From contig NC_092382.1 of NCBI RefSeq assembly GCF_030028105.1, positions 100,146,699 through 100,210,698 of the forward strand: 64,000 nucleotides of DNA, read 5' to 3'. The DNA comes from Mobula birostris (Eukaryota). The notes under the pieces are model-generated. The model was not told the origin of the DNA, searched no databases, and was given only the letters and a program-made list of their open reading frames with translations. This document shows positions 24,724 through 36,459 of the stretch, in pieces. Both the position numbers and the translations under genes were made by a program. Every line of letters begins with the position of its first letter. The first letter of the stretch is position 1.

Positions 24724-24737
24724 ACACTAGGGGGCAG
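24724..24737 (+). promoter_or_regulatory. CTCF motif 3' of VB3 RSS
   Basis: ACACTAGGGGGCAG. Confidence 0.68.
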
Positions 24738-24839
24738 CACTGGATGTTTTTTGACTTCCACTCTCTGTCTCGAACGGCTCCAGTAACCGTCGATATAACA
24801 GAGACAAGCGTCTTATTTGATAGGGCAGCTGGTCTATAG

Positions 24840-25560
24840 TTAGCAACAAGGAACGCACGCACAGTTCAGCGGATCTTGGAAACCTCTCTCACTGACGTAT
24901 CTTTACGTCAGAAGAGCAAACAACGCAATCAAAGACTCCAGCCACCACTCGGACAGGGGACTCAGAACCCCAGATATGCATACTAACAGTCCCAAAGACA
25001 GCCCTCTTCCCGTTGTGATCCACCGCTGGGGTGGCTATCTTTACGGTAGCATGTGACATCATTATGGACAGTTGACCTCTCAATCAACTTCATTCGCCTG
25101 CACTGGTTTTCTCTGCAGCTTTTAAACTTTATCGATGTGTTATATTCTTCATCGCTGCCCTGTGTTCTGATTGAACGGCATGAAAGACACTGCATCATAG
25201 ATGCTGCTTGGCATGCTGACCTGTGTACGTGGATGTTTTCGGATATTTGGAAAATTCCATCTACCACATAACATTCTGGTGCAATGGTACTCATCTGTCC
25301 TTGACAGCATTCCCGTTTAATTTGTTAGAGTCTGGTTGCTGGAGCATCCTCTCCCAATATACGGAAACTACAGCGACCTGTCGGTGCAGAAGAGAAAGCC
25401 ATCGGTTGCTGTCCACCATCACTCGGAACTTGCTTATGTCCAAGGCAAAGGATCGGGCAGTGAAAATAACTTCTTTTTGCAAATCGCAGTAGAGCTATAA
25501 AACTTCATTAGAGAGACTTTGAACTTTCTTTACTGTGCCATGGCCTGTTCTTCATCAAGT
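24840..25560 (+). mobile_element. Degenerate Rex1-like LINE 3' pieces
   Basis: NAIKDSSH and ENSIYHITFW remnants resemble the Rex1 C-terminus. Confidence 0.5.
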
Positions 25561-25710
25561 TATGGTATTGTTGCACTGTTGTAACTATATGTTATAATTT
25601 TGTGTTTTTGTTAGTTTTTCAGTCTTTGTCTGTCCTGTGTTTCTGTGATATCACACCGGAGGAATATTATATCATTTCATAATGCATGCATTACTAAGTA
25701 ACAAGTGCTG

Positions 25711-25724
25711 CCACTAGGGGGCGG
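25711..25724 (+). promoter_or_regulatory. CTCF motif
   Basis: CCACTAGGGGGCGG. Confidence 0.75.
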
Positions 25725-26437
25725 AAATGCACTACATTAAAATTTAAGTTATATTTTTTCGAAGGGTATGAAAAGGGACAAGTTATTGGTGTTAGGTGAA
25801 TTTTCTGCTTGGCTCCTCGTTATGAGAAAATAGAGAGCCAGAGACTTTAAACAGTGAAATAAAGGAGGGACATAAGCAAAATGGTCCAATATTGCTCCTA
25901 TTTGTTATGGCCTTCGGTTCCATGTTCTATGCAAGATAATCCAATTTCCAAACACATAGCCCATATCATTCAGAAGTTAGATTAAAAAACGAAGGGATGC
26001 GTTTGTATGAAATGGTCAGATTGGTTGTTGATTATGTTCAAAAATCGGCGGAAAATCGAGTGGATGCCGGATAGTCGGATCAAATGACGAAGGTATACGC
26101 GACAACGCAAATTCGCAATTCATGCCTTTGGGAGCTTTGGGATTCAAGCCACTGAACCCCACCAACGCCCAAATCTTCTCATCCGACCCTGACAGGAAAG
26201 AGTTGAATTTGATTAATGCTTGGTCTATTTACTAAAGAGAGTATCACAGAATAGAAGTTTGCAATAAAAATGTATTTAACCTAGAACTTGGTAAGAATAT
26301 AAAGATATGCAAGGGCAAACGTCCTTGAGCGTAGATACGGGAGTAAAATCTGCTCTTCCTTCCAGACCTGCTCTCTCTAGCTCTCTGCTATCCAGCTAGA
26401 TCGGAGCCTGAGAGACATGTGAAAGCACAGCTTGCTA

Positions 26438-26451
26438 CCACTAGGGGGCGG
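26438..26451 (+). promoter_or_regulatory. CTCF motif upstream of V27
   Basis: CCACTAGGGGGCGG. Confidence 0.75.
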
Positions 26452-27065
26452 AAAAACAAGGGGATAAAAGTTATCTTACTTTTCTCGAAAGTTTCGAAAG
26501 GCAACAAATTGTTTGTGTAAAGTGACCTTACCTTTCGGCTGGGTCGCGACAAGCGCTAGAAGCCACAGATAGAAATAAGGACATGGACAGAGAGAAAGAG
26601 AGAAAGAAAGCCAAATACCGAGACTGAGAAAGAGAGCGATTTTCTGCGGAGGGCTGATCTTTGCAGGAAGCAAAGTCAATCAGAGGGTACAGTGTGCGGT
26701 CTTCAGAACGACAGAATGTGAATTGTGATCCGCCATCTTTCACCGAGTGTGTGTATTTCCGAAATTACAAACACTTGGGAGCATAAAAAAACACACACAC
26801 ACGGTGAGCTAAAGGGGGAGAGGAGTAAAGGAAGAGAGTGGGACGGGGACAGTGACCGAGAGAGTGTGTCGCGTGGACAAACTGCAAGACCGGAAGCAGC
26901 GCACCCCACGAATCGGGTTGGGGCATGGAAGGGGCGTGGCCAATCGCTACGTTCTCAAATCCACCTACGTCACTGGGATATGTAACAACCCGGATGGAAG
27001 TGAATAAATTCGTCTCTGCCGCCCGCACCTCTTTCATCACTGAGAGAGTAAACCCTCCAAGGAAG

Positions 27066-27689
27066 ATGTTTCTGTTTCTACAGTTCATCCTCGCCTTCCG
27101 CTGTGAGTGAAAGTTCACAAATACTACTTTTTTCTCCCTGCCTCTCTTTTCCTTCCACTTGCTTTCCCCTCCGGTCGTCTCGGACTCATTCCTTTTGAAT
27201 TTACGAGCGCTCGCGTCCGCAGACTATCTGCCATCTGCCGCCGCCATTAAAATCCGATCTCCTCTCCAAATGTCCCTTTCTTCAGTCATCTTTTTTGCTC
27301 CCTTCAGTGCACCCTGTTTATCGCCATCCCCATTGATCCGCGTGGCCGCGTTCATTCACCCGTTCAGCCAAGCCCGTCTGTTTTTTCCAGACGCGACCTC
27401 GGTGACGATCCAGCAGACGCCGGCTTTCTCCGGAACTGACGGTCAGAAGGTGGCTCTGAATTGCACAGTAGAGGGTAGTACAAGTATTAGTAACGAGTTG
27501 TACTGGTGCCGACAACACCCGGGGAACGGTCCAGAGAACATATTTTACTCGTCGACAACGAAGTACGTCAGGCCAGACGGATTGGTCGACGGTTTTACGG
27601 CGGAGAGACCGCAGAGCAACGAGATCTTCCTGAAGTCCGACAAGCTGGAGTCGAATTCGTCGGCCGTGTATTTCTGCGCCTGGAGTGAT
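27066..27689 (+). CDS. TRBV: TRBV30-like V segment, family A, open, with extra Cys at position 42 (V27)
   Basis: Leader 27066-27102 MFLFLQFILAFR; exon 27391-27689 ..ELYWCRQH..YFCAWSD; RSS 27690-27728. Confidence 0.93.
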
Positions 27690-27728
27690 CACGGCAGCGC
27701 AGAGTGACGGGGCAGCTGTACAAAAACT
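27690..27728 (+). other. 23-RSS of V27
   Basis: CACGGCA / 23 / ACAAAAACT. Confidence 0.93.
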
Positions 27729-28559
27729 CTCACCGTCAGAGAGTTCGCTGCTGTCAGCAAAACAGGAAACACGACTCATGTCAATCATATGATGGAGGTG
27801 GGTCTATCACTAGGTCGTGCGCGCCGTAGCGGCGAATCAGCGAAAGAAGGGGCGGTGGTACAGCTATTCACGTCCTCCACTGAAGCATTCAGATGGGGGA
27901 AGGGAAACCGCGCACCGATCTTCCCACTCAGCCTTCCCTGTGTGCAGTCTTCTCTCCGATCTTCAGTACGGGTTTTTCGTCACTTTTGAGTGTGACCGAT
28001 ATTGTGAGGAGAAACACATCGAACATGAACTCCTGAACTGAAGAGTCCTCCGAGGGCTGGGTGATGGACGAGGGATGCGCATGGGACTCCCAGATCTATC
28101 ACGGAAAACGCAGAGGTACATGAACGCCAACCGATTCTCCACTGTCCTCACACCAGGGAGAGGAATGTTCTTCGAAGATCGGCCACACCTGAGGACAAAG
28201 TGAACGTCTGGCTCAGGACAGGGGACTCTCTCGATCAGATGTCGGCGGCCGATGCACCTGAAAGGGTGACGGGGAGAAGTGAGAAGGTAAAGGATCTCTT
28301 AATGAGAAACAGGACATTCTGCCCTATTCTGTGTGATATCTATTACCCGATTCAATTGTGATGGATCAGGAAGAGAGAGGTAAAGGTACACCCGCTACGA
28401 ATATTCGGGGATGTCTTCCGGAAGTATTTCCGCTCCCATCCTCATCTGAGTGACAGCCCCGCAGCGGCGAATGGCTTTGATTGACAGCAATTTCCTAATA
28501 TGCTGAGTGCAGCGCCCCCTATCTGTCGTAGGTGTGAAACACCAGCCTCACGCTCAATT

Positions 28560-28800
28560 CCTTCCCAGATCCCGACTAAACTTCGCAAACTCATCCAGGC
28601 AAGGTCTGTCTGGAGTTTTTACGTTCTCCCCGTGAAGGGCGCGTGTTTGCTCCGGGTGCTCCGGCTTCCTCCCACAGTCGGAGCTCGGTGAATTGGTCCT
28701 TTTGCCTTGCCATGTTCTTGGTCTCGGGTTAGGTTGCTGGTGTTCTGAGCGCTGTAACTAGTTGGGCTGAAAGGATCTGTACTGCACGGTGTTTTCAATG
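28560..28800 (+). mobile_element. HE1/V-SINE-like SINE
   Basis: V-domain-like ggagtttttacgttctccccgtg..ccgggtgctccggcttcctcccacagtc. Confidence 0.75.
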
Positions 28801-28972
28801 AAATAAACAGGAAATAAATATTCTCCCCGGTCTGACTACAGACGCTGCCTGCTCACTGACTGACAAGCCGGAGAAATTCTGCTTTGCTGATGGGATGTCC
28901 ATCCTCGGAAACTCTCAAACTGTGAGCAGCGATGCTCTTGACCAGCTCCACCGTCGTCTGCCTGAAAATCCG

Positions 28973-29116
28973 TTAATACGCCAGGCGCAGGTATCAACGG
29001 CCGACGGATTCGCAAGGAGGCTGGAGGACTTCTGCCTGAAGTGGTTGCTGTTCTGCTTAAAACCGTCCGCTGTGCCCTCGAATTGCAAGTACAGAGCAAC
29101 GGACGAGTAGAACAAG
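28973..29116 (-). pseudogene. TRBV: 3' half of an inverted V relic (V29)
   Basis: ORF 28915-29127(-) LFYSSVALYLQFEGTADGFKQNSNHF..SAVDTCAWR; RSS eroded (heptamer site CGGATTT, nonamer site GTCAAGAGC). Confidence 0.75.
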
Positions 29117-29331
29117 TATATCCGCAAATCAGAGTAACACGGAATAGATGTTTGTAAGAAACAATGATTTCAACCTGGATCCAGGTAAGTGCAAAAAGCT
29201 GGGAATGGACACATATTCTTGTGGTTTAATAGTGGGGAAGAATATAGTCTTCATTACAGATCTGCTCTCCCTACCTCTTTACCATTATTCTTGATCGCAG
29301 GGCGAGCGACGTTTGAAGGCACGGTCTGCTA

Positions 29332-29345
29332 CCACTGGAGGGCGG
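29332..29345 (+). promoter_or_regulatory. CTCF-like motif upstream of V30
   Basis: CCACTGGAGGGCGG, paralogous position to the other upstream sites. Confidence 0.6.
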
Positions 29346-30094
29346 AAAAGCACTGTGGTAAAATCTATGTTATATTTTTCAAGGGGTTAGGGTTAGAGTC
29401 TAATACAAAGGGTCAAATTATTTGTGTAAAGTTGGATTTTCTCCTCGGCTGCTTTGCAAGAAATCTTTAGAGACCAGAAACAGATGCTCAGGCAGAGAGA
29501 GAAAGAGAGAGATTGAATGCTGAAGGTTTCTCTGTACGGAACCCATGATGTTTCATAAGGTTAATCATGTGACCACATTATGAGAAACTATTGTGTTCAG
29601 AAAAACGGAGGTGATGTGCCCCCGTCTTCTTTCACCTGTTGTGTAGATTTCCGAACTTTAGGAGAATTGGGAGCTTAAATAATCCGAGGGCATATGAAGA
29701 AAGGGACAGGGAAAGCCGGGAAGCGCAACAGAGAGAGAGTACAGTGAACGTAGCGCGCCCTGGCGAAGGTCTCGGCCCAAAACGTCGACGGTACCCCTTC
29801 CTAGAGATGCTGTCTGGCCTGCTGCTTTACAAGCAACGTTTATCTGTGTTGCTTGAAATTCCAGCATCTGCTCATTTCCTCGTGTGTGAGAGAGAGTGTA
29901 TAGTGTGGTCGACATGGTAGAGCAGAATCAGCACATCCCTCGAAACGGGTTGGAGCATGGAAGGGGCGTGGCCAACCTTTGCTTGCGTAACACACCTGCG
30001 TCACTGGTATAAGTAACAAACGGGGCTGGATTGAATCGATTATTTCTCTGCTGCTCGCACTATCATGACTGAGAGAAATATTCCTTCAAGAAGG

Positions 30095-30640
30095 ATGTTT
30101 CTGTTTCTGCGATTCATTCTCGCCTTGCACTGTGAGTGAAAATTGACAAATATTATATTTCTTCTATCTCTGCCTGTGCCTCGCTCTGTCGTAGCCCCTA
30201 AATTTCCAACTGCTCTCGGGATTTTCCGACTTCAATCCTCCTCTTTGCTTCCCTAAATGCACCCTCCTTCTACAATTTCCCATTGACTGGCGTCTCCGTT
30301 TTTATTCACCACGTTCTGCGTCCGCCGTCTCTTATTTCCAGATGCGACCTCGGTGACCATCCTCCAGACGCCGGCTTTCTGCGGAACTGCCGGTCAGAAG
30401 GTGACCCTGAATTGCACAATAGAGGGCAGTACCAGTGCTACTAACTACTTGTACTGGTACCGACAATACCCAGGAAAGGGTCCGGAGAACATGTTTTTCT
30501 CGTCGAGAGCTAAGTATGTCAGGCCAGAGGGATTGGTCGACGGTTTTGCGGTGGAAAGACTGAAGAGCAATGAGTTCTTCCTGAAGTCCGACAAACTGGA
30601 GGCGAATGCGTCGGCCGTGTATTTCTGCGCCTGGAGTATT
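30095..30640 (+). CDS. TRBV: TRBV30-like V segment, family A, apparently intact (V30)
   Basis: Leader 30095-30131 MFLFLRFILALH; 210-nt intron; exon 30342-30640 to YFCAWSI; RSS 30641-30679. Confidence 0.95.
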
Positions 30641-30679
30641 CACGGCGGCTCAGCGTGACGGGGCAGCTGTACAAAAACT
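30641..30679 (+). other. 23-RSS of V30
   Basis: CACGGCG / 23 / ACAAAAACT. Confidence 0.95.
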
Positions 30680-32024
30680 TTCACCGCCAGAGAGTTCGCA
30701 GCTGTCCGAAAAACAGGAAACACGACTCCTGTCAATCATATAGTGCGGGTGGGTCTGTCACTCAGTCGTGCGCGCCGTAGCGGCGAATCAGTGAAAGAAC
30801 GGGCGGTGGTACAGGTTTTCACGTCCTCCACTGAAGCATTCAGATGGGTGAAGAGAAACCGCGCACGGATCTTCCCACTCATCCTTCCCTGTGTGCAGTC
30901 TTCTCTCCGATCTTCAGTACGGGTTTTTCGTCACTTTTGAGTGCGACCGATAATGTGAGGAGAAACACGTCGAACATGAACTCATGAACTGAAGAGTCCT
31001 CCAAGGGCTGGGTGATGGAGGAGGGATGCGCATGGGGCTCCCAGATCTATCACTGATAAGGCAGAGGTACATGAACGCCAACCGATTCTCCACTGTCCTC
31101 ACACCAGGGAGAGGAATGTTCTTCGAAGATCGGCCACACCTGAGGACAAGGTGAACGTCTGGCTCAGGACAGGGGACTTTCTCGATCAGATGTCGGCGGC
31201 CGATGCATCTGAAAGGGTGACGGGGATAAATGAGAGGTTAAAGGATCTCTTAATGAGAAACAGGACATTCTTCCGTATTCTGTGTGATATCCATTACCCG
31301 ATTCAATTGTGATGGGTCAGGGAGAGAAAGGAAGAGGTACATCCGCTACGAATGTTCGGGGATGTCTTCCGTGTTTCCGATCCCATCCTCTTCTGAGTGA
31401 CAGCCCCGCAGCGGCGACCGGCTTTGATTGATAGTAACACACATAAAAGTTGCTGGTGAACGCAGCAGGCCAGGCAGCATCTCTAGGAAGAGGTGCAGTT
31501 GACGTTTCAGGCCGAAACCCTTCGTCAGGACTAACTGAAGGAAGAGCTAGTATTGGTCCCTTTACATTTCCATGTTCTAGTTACTAATAAATATTATTAG
31601 TTCATAGCAATACAGGAATCCCCAAAGTGTTTTCCATCTCTGCTGGTTCTTTATTCCCGTCACGGGGTACGAGACACCACAGTCCGAGCAGGCGCAGGTT
31701 AGTAGCTGAATTGGACATTTTACCTCGTAATGTTCTTGGTCCAGGGTTAGGGTGCTGATTTTCTCAGCTGTGTTGCTCTTAGGGCGGAAAGGGTTTCTTC
31801 CGCGGTGTATTTCTAAATTAAAAAATCGCGAAATGAATTTTCCCACCGCACCCTTCTCTGACTGGCCGCTACACTGCGTCCTGTGACTACAGACGCCGCC
31901 CGCTCACTGATTGACAAGCCGGCGAAATTCTGCTTTGCCGACGGTACGTCCATCCCCGGAAACCCTCCCCCTCGAGACTGCGAGGGGTCTTGATCAACTC
32001 CTCCGTCGTCTGTCTGAAAAACCT

Positions 32025-32294
32025 TTCATACGCCAAGCGCAGAAATAAACGGCTGACGGATTCGCAGGGAGGCCGGAGGACCTCTGCCTGAAGTGGTTGC
32101 TGCTCGGCCTAAAACCGTCCGCCCTGCCCTCGAACTGCACGTACAGCGCAATAGACGAGTAGAACAAGTTCTGATGCCCCTTACCCGGGAAGGATATGCA
32201 CCCGAACATGTCATTGCTGCTGACATCACCGCCCTCGACCGCACATTCTGGGACAACCAGTGCTGACCAAGAATGTGGTCTGACGTTGCGTAAC
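32025..32294 (-). pseudogene. TRBV: Inverted V pseudogene (V32), paralog of V29
   Basis: VVPECAVEGGDVSSNDMFGC..FPGKGHQNLFYSS..SAVYFCAWR; 5' frameshift, Trp41 lost, heptamer destroyed, nonamer site ATCAAGACC at 31986-31994. Confidence 0.8.
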
Positions 32295-33449
32295 CTTGGA
32301 GATAAGTTGGTTCTTCACGCCTTTCACCTCCGTGAACCAATCAGTGACGATACGCAAATCCTGCACTGGTCCATTCTACTCTCCCGTCTCCGTGCTCTGA
32401 TGATTTGTGGAGGTTGACTTTGCTTTCATTCATTCTCTTTGTCTACCTCTATCCTACTCTCTCGCTTTTTCTGTGGATTTCGATACCTATCGGTCTGCCT
32501 ATACAGATACCTCACTATCCAGGCCATACAACGTGGACGATCACGACCGTGACTGTCCTCGTCTACTTACGGAAGTGTTTTGCCATCGCCTTCCTCTGGG
32601 CAATGGCTCTACAAGACGGGAGACCACACTCATGTAAATACTCTCCCAAGGTTGCCTGCCTAGCGTCAGTACGTCCGTTGTCAGGACGTGATATACACTG
32701 ACTTCACGTACGATTATGCGTCCGTGGTTACACCTGATGCCGATCGGGGCTGATCGAGTGCTACACCTCCGCCAGGGTTGACCTGCAGGTTATCGGAGGG
32801 AAGGAGCGTCTTTACCTTATTTTATATAAACGTATCTCCAATCTATCACCAGATTCTCTATCTATCTGCCGATCTATTTATCCATCCAATTTCAATCTGT
32901 TAGCCCTTCTCCTTGTGTTATTCTGCGTGATAGAATATTCGCTTACTGTCCCTCTGTTTATGTCTGCATTTGTGGTGTCGTTTGGCAATACATCTGCATT
33001 CGTTGAACTTGACCTTATTTCCGTCTTTGTGTTCGAAAGGTCCTCCCGTCTCTCTCCCACCCTCGTTCCCTCCCTATCCGCACCTGTGTCTGCTCCTCAC
33101 GTCACTTCCCCTCCGTTATAAGCAGCTCTGCTTTCTGAACGTGTGCTAAATGGAAAGCGAACCGTGCTGTGCGGCGGGAGGAGCGGAAGGACAGTTGCCC
33201 TCAGTTGAACTGTAGACTGCATCTGTGCCCTGCATTCCCATCTCTGCGGTTGCTGCTGGCGCCCGCGTCACACAAACTGTGCCGTCAGTGGTTGTAAACC
33301 ACAGGGTACACTGAGCCCCGATATCACATCCATCGTAATCCGGCCCGGACGATTAGCTTTGCAGAAGTGGCTGTACAATATCGTAGCCAGGCGGAAAGGT
33401 GGAAGGACATACTGAGATATAGGTAGAGAGATGGACAGACACTGAAATG

Positions 33450-33450
33450 A

Positions 33451-33495
<45 letters not shown>

Positions 33496-33589
33496 TAGAT
33501 AGTTAGGTAGACAGATAGACAGAGATGAATAGATAGATAGTATAAATAGAGAGATCGATAGATAGACAGACAGATAGACACATAGATAG
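33450..33589. repeat. (GATA)n/(GACA)n microsatellite running into a gap
   Basis: direct reading. Confidence 0.95.
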
Positions 33590-33720
33590 NNNNNNNNNNN
33601 NNNNNNNNNNNNNNNNNNNNNNNNNNNNNNNNNNNNNNNNNNNNNNNNNNNNNNNNNNNNNNNNNNNNNNNNNNNNNNNNNNNNNNNNNNNNNNNNNNNN
33701 NNNNNNNNNNNNNNNNNNNN
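33590..33720. other. Assembly gap (N run)
   Basis: N bases. Confidence 1.
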
Positions 33721-34018
33721 AAGAAACTACCAAAGAAGAGCGTGGATGTGCGGTAGAGGGGCGACATAGTTCAGTTGCAACGTTGTACAGAGAGGGATAA
33801 AGTGAGGGGGATGACATCTCATCACCAGTCAGAGAGTGTTGATGTGCATCTGGACGGATAAAGAGGTTCGAAGAAGATTCGTCGACGGAAGAATTGGGCG
33901 TGATCATTTCTGATTGATAGGACGATGTATCTCAATGCGATGGGGGGCCGCGGGATTGAAGCCTCGTCGCTCTTGCACTCAGCACTTCCAGTACAGAGGG
34001 AATTTACCTCTAAGACAG

Positions 34019-34866
34019 ATGCATCTGATACTGCGACTGATTCTCGCCCTTCACTGTGAGTGCAACGTCTCCGTTCTTTAATTGTCTTGGCGTTTAATCT
34101 TTCCCTTCGCTTGCACTCGCCCTGCACCGCCGACTGTTCATTTGTCATGTGGACGTACATCACAGTAAAAGGCTCTTCTGGGCCAACACGAACGTGCTGA
34201 CCAATTACACCCACGTGACCAATTAAGCCGTCATCCCTCATGTCCTTGCAATGCGGGAGGAAACCGGGACACCCGGAGGAAAAAACTTGCTCGGTCTGGG
34301 AGAGAAAGTCAGTACGGAGTGCAGCGGTAATCGAACCCGGATTCAGCAGCGCTGTAAAGCGATTACGCTAACCGCTAATTCTCCGTCTCATTCTTTCCTT
34401 GTCTCTACGATTCCCGTCCTGTTCGCGCTATCTTCCCGCTGAAGAACCCTCTCCATTATATCTAACTTCAACCCTTCTGCTTCAATTCCCTCTCTTCGCC
34501 GCATCTCTCCCCTTCCCTGCCTCTCCGAATGCTCGAGTTCATACGGCCCCTTCCGCTTCTTTCTCAGGCGCGGCCTCCGTGACGATCCACCAGTCTCCGT
34601 CTTTCTCCACGTCCCCGGGTATGGAAGTGGAACTGAAGTGCGCACTCGAAGGCGCTGCTGGCTCTGGTAACCCGTTACTCTGGTACAGGCAGTACCCCGG
34701 CAAGGAGCTTCATAACCTGATTTACTCTACGCTTGCCGATCACCTGGAATCAGCGGGGCCGGTGGACGGTTTTACCGCAGAGAGGCCGAATAATAACGAG
34801 TTCTACCTGAGGTCCTCCGGCCTGGAGGCGGAATCCTCTGCCGTGTATTACTGCGGCTGGCGTGAT
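34019..34866 (+). CDS. TRBV: Divergent TRBV30-like V segment, apparently intact (V34)
   Basis: Leader 34019-34055 MHLILRLILALH; 512-nt intron containing a SINE; exon 34568-34866 SVTIHQSP..KCALEGAAGSGNPLLWYRQ..YYCGWRD; RSS 34867-34905. Confidence 0.93.
34240..34380 (-). mobile_element. HE1/V-SINE-like fragment inside V34 intron
   Basis: ggaggaaaccgggacacccggagg..atcgaacccgg..gctaaccgcta (reverse tRNA head and V domain). Confidence 0.75.
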
Positions 34867-34905
34867 CACGGCGACACAGAGAGGCGACAGAGCTGAACAA
34901 AAACC
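34867..34905 (+). other. 23-RSS of V34
   Basis: CACGGCG / 23 / ACAAAAACC. Confidence 0.95.
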
Positions 34906-35009
34906 TTCGAGTCTCAGGTGGTCCCGGCCACCTGCAGAAGCGGAAGTGCGTCAGCTGTCAATCAGTCAAGGGGTGGGTCGACTAGGCATAAGCAGCAGCA
35001 TGGCTGCCA

Positions 35010-35690
35010 ATGAAATTTGGATGTGGTTGAACTGTGCGAGATGTGGGCAGATGCATGGCAGATGCAGTTTAATATGGATAAATGTGAGGTTATCCACTTA
35101 GGTGGTAAGAACGGGAAGGCAGATTATTATCTAAATGGAGTCAAGTTAGGAAAAAGGGAAGCACAACGAGATCTAGGTGATCTTGTACATCAGTCACTGA
35201 AAGCAAGCATGCAAGTACAGCAGGCAGTGAAGAAAGCTAATGGCATGTTGGCCTTCATAACAAGGGGAATTGAGTATAAGAGCAAAGAGGGCCTTCTGCA
35301 GCTGTACAGGGCCCTGGTGAGACCACACCTGGAGTACTGTGTGCAGTTTTGGTCTCCAAATTTGAGGACGGACATTCTTGCTATTGAGGGAGTGCAGCGT
35401 AGGTTCACAAGGTTAATTCCCGGGATGGCAGGACTGTCATATGTCGAAAGATTGGAGCGACTGGGCTTGTATACTCTGGAATTTAGAAGGCTGAGTGGGG
35501 ATCTTATTGAAACATATAAGATTATTAAGGGATTGGACACGCTGGAGGCAGGAAGCATGTTCCCGCTGATGGGTGAGTCCAGAACCGGAGGCCACAATTT
35601 AAGAATTAGGGGTAGGCCATTTAGAGCGGAGTTGCGGAAAAACTTTTTCACCCAGAGAGTGCTGGATATATGGAATGCTCTGGTTTACTG
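35010..35690 (+). mobile_element. CR1 LINE RT C-terminal fragment
   Basis: ORF 35017-35703 WQMQFNMDKCEVIHLG..LYRALVRPHLEYCVQFWSP. Confidence 0.95.
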
Positions 35691-36022
35691 GTTTTTACAG
35701 TAAGTCTCCTACCTCACCAGAGAAGATGAGGAACGTTTTTAAACCAGCGGTCTTGGTCGTCGTAATAACTCTAGATACAAATTAGAACAAGTTCTTACAG
35801 GGAAAAGTTCCTCGGCCAATAATGTTCGGTCCTACCAAATTTACTGATAATACACTAGGATTTCAGATAGAACTCATTGCTATTTGGCCCCTCTGACGTG
35901 AACTCATCCTTCGAATTTTAGGCCTTGCGATTCCAGCTGCTGTTCTACAAAACACGATCTCCAAACCCTTTTCCTTTCCCTGGTACTGGCCGCAACGCAC
36001 GAACGTATCAACGGTGTGCTTA

Positions 36023-36036
36023 CTGCCCCCTAGAGT
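36023..36036 (-). promoter_or_regulatory. Reverse-oriented CTCF-like motif
   Basis: minus strand ACTCTAGGGGGCAG. Confidence 0.6.
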
Positions 36037-36260
36037 CACTTTAGCGTTATATCTCTCTAGGGTCAAACACAATAAAGCGGTGGATCGTCACCTGGATCGG
36101 CTGAGGAAAAGGGAAGGGAGACTGTGGAGACGGCGGAGGGGATGTTGGGGAGTGGGGACAGACACCAATTCCTGTCGGAGTGGGGACGGGGAGAAGCCAA
36201 AATTGCACATAAAAGTTGGCAAAAAAAGGGGATAAAGGTGACAGAGTTCGACATTGTCGA

Positions 36261-36447
36261 CAGGCGCATGAAGACGGAGCCAGCGAATTCAACGCCAGAT
36301 ACAATATCGAACAGCGACCATAGAACATAGAAGTCCCTTTGGACCTCCGAACTAGTTTTTTCGTAATCAAATACCGTAAAACCGGCCTTCTTGGCTGTTC
36401 TTCTGGAATACAAGTTCTCCAGCCCCGTTTTCTTGTCTATTGTCTGC
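36261..36447 (-). pseudogene. Possible very old V relic interrupted by a CR1 tail fragment
   Basis: Minus strand shows ordered matches to family A: agacaata..ggagaac, cggttttacgg, gaattcg..tgcgcctg; no ORF, leader or RSS. Confidence 0.45.
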
Positions 36448-36459
36448 AAAGTGTAGCTA

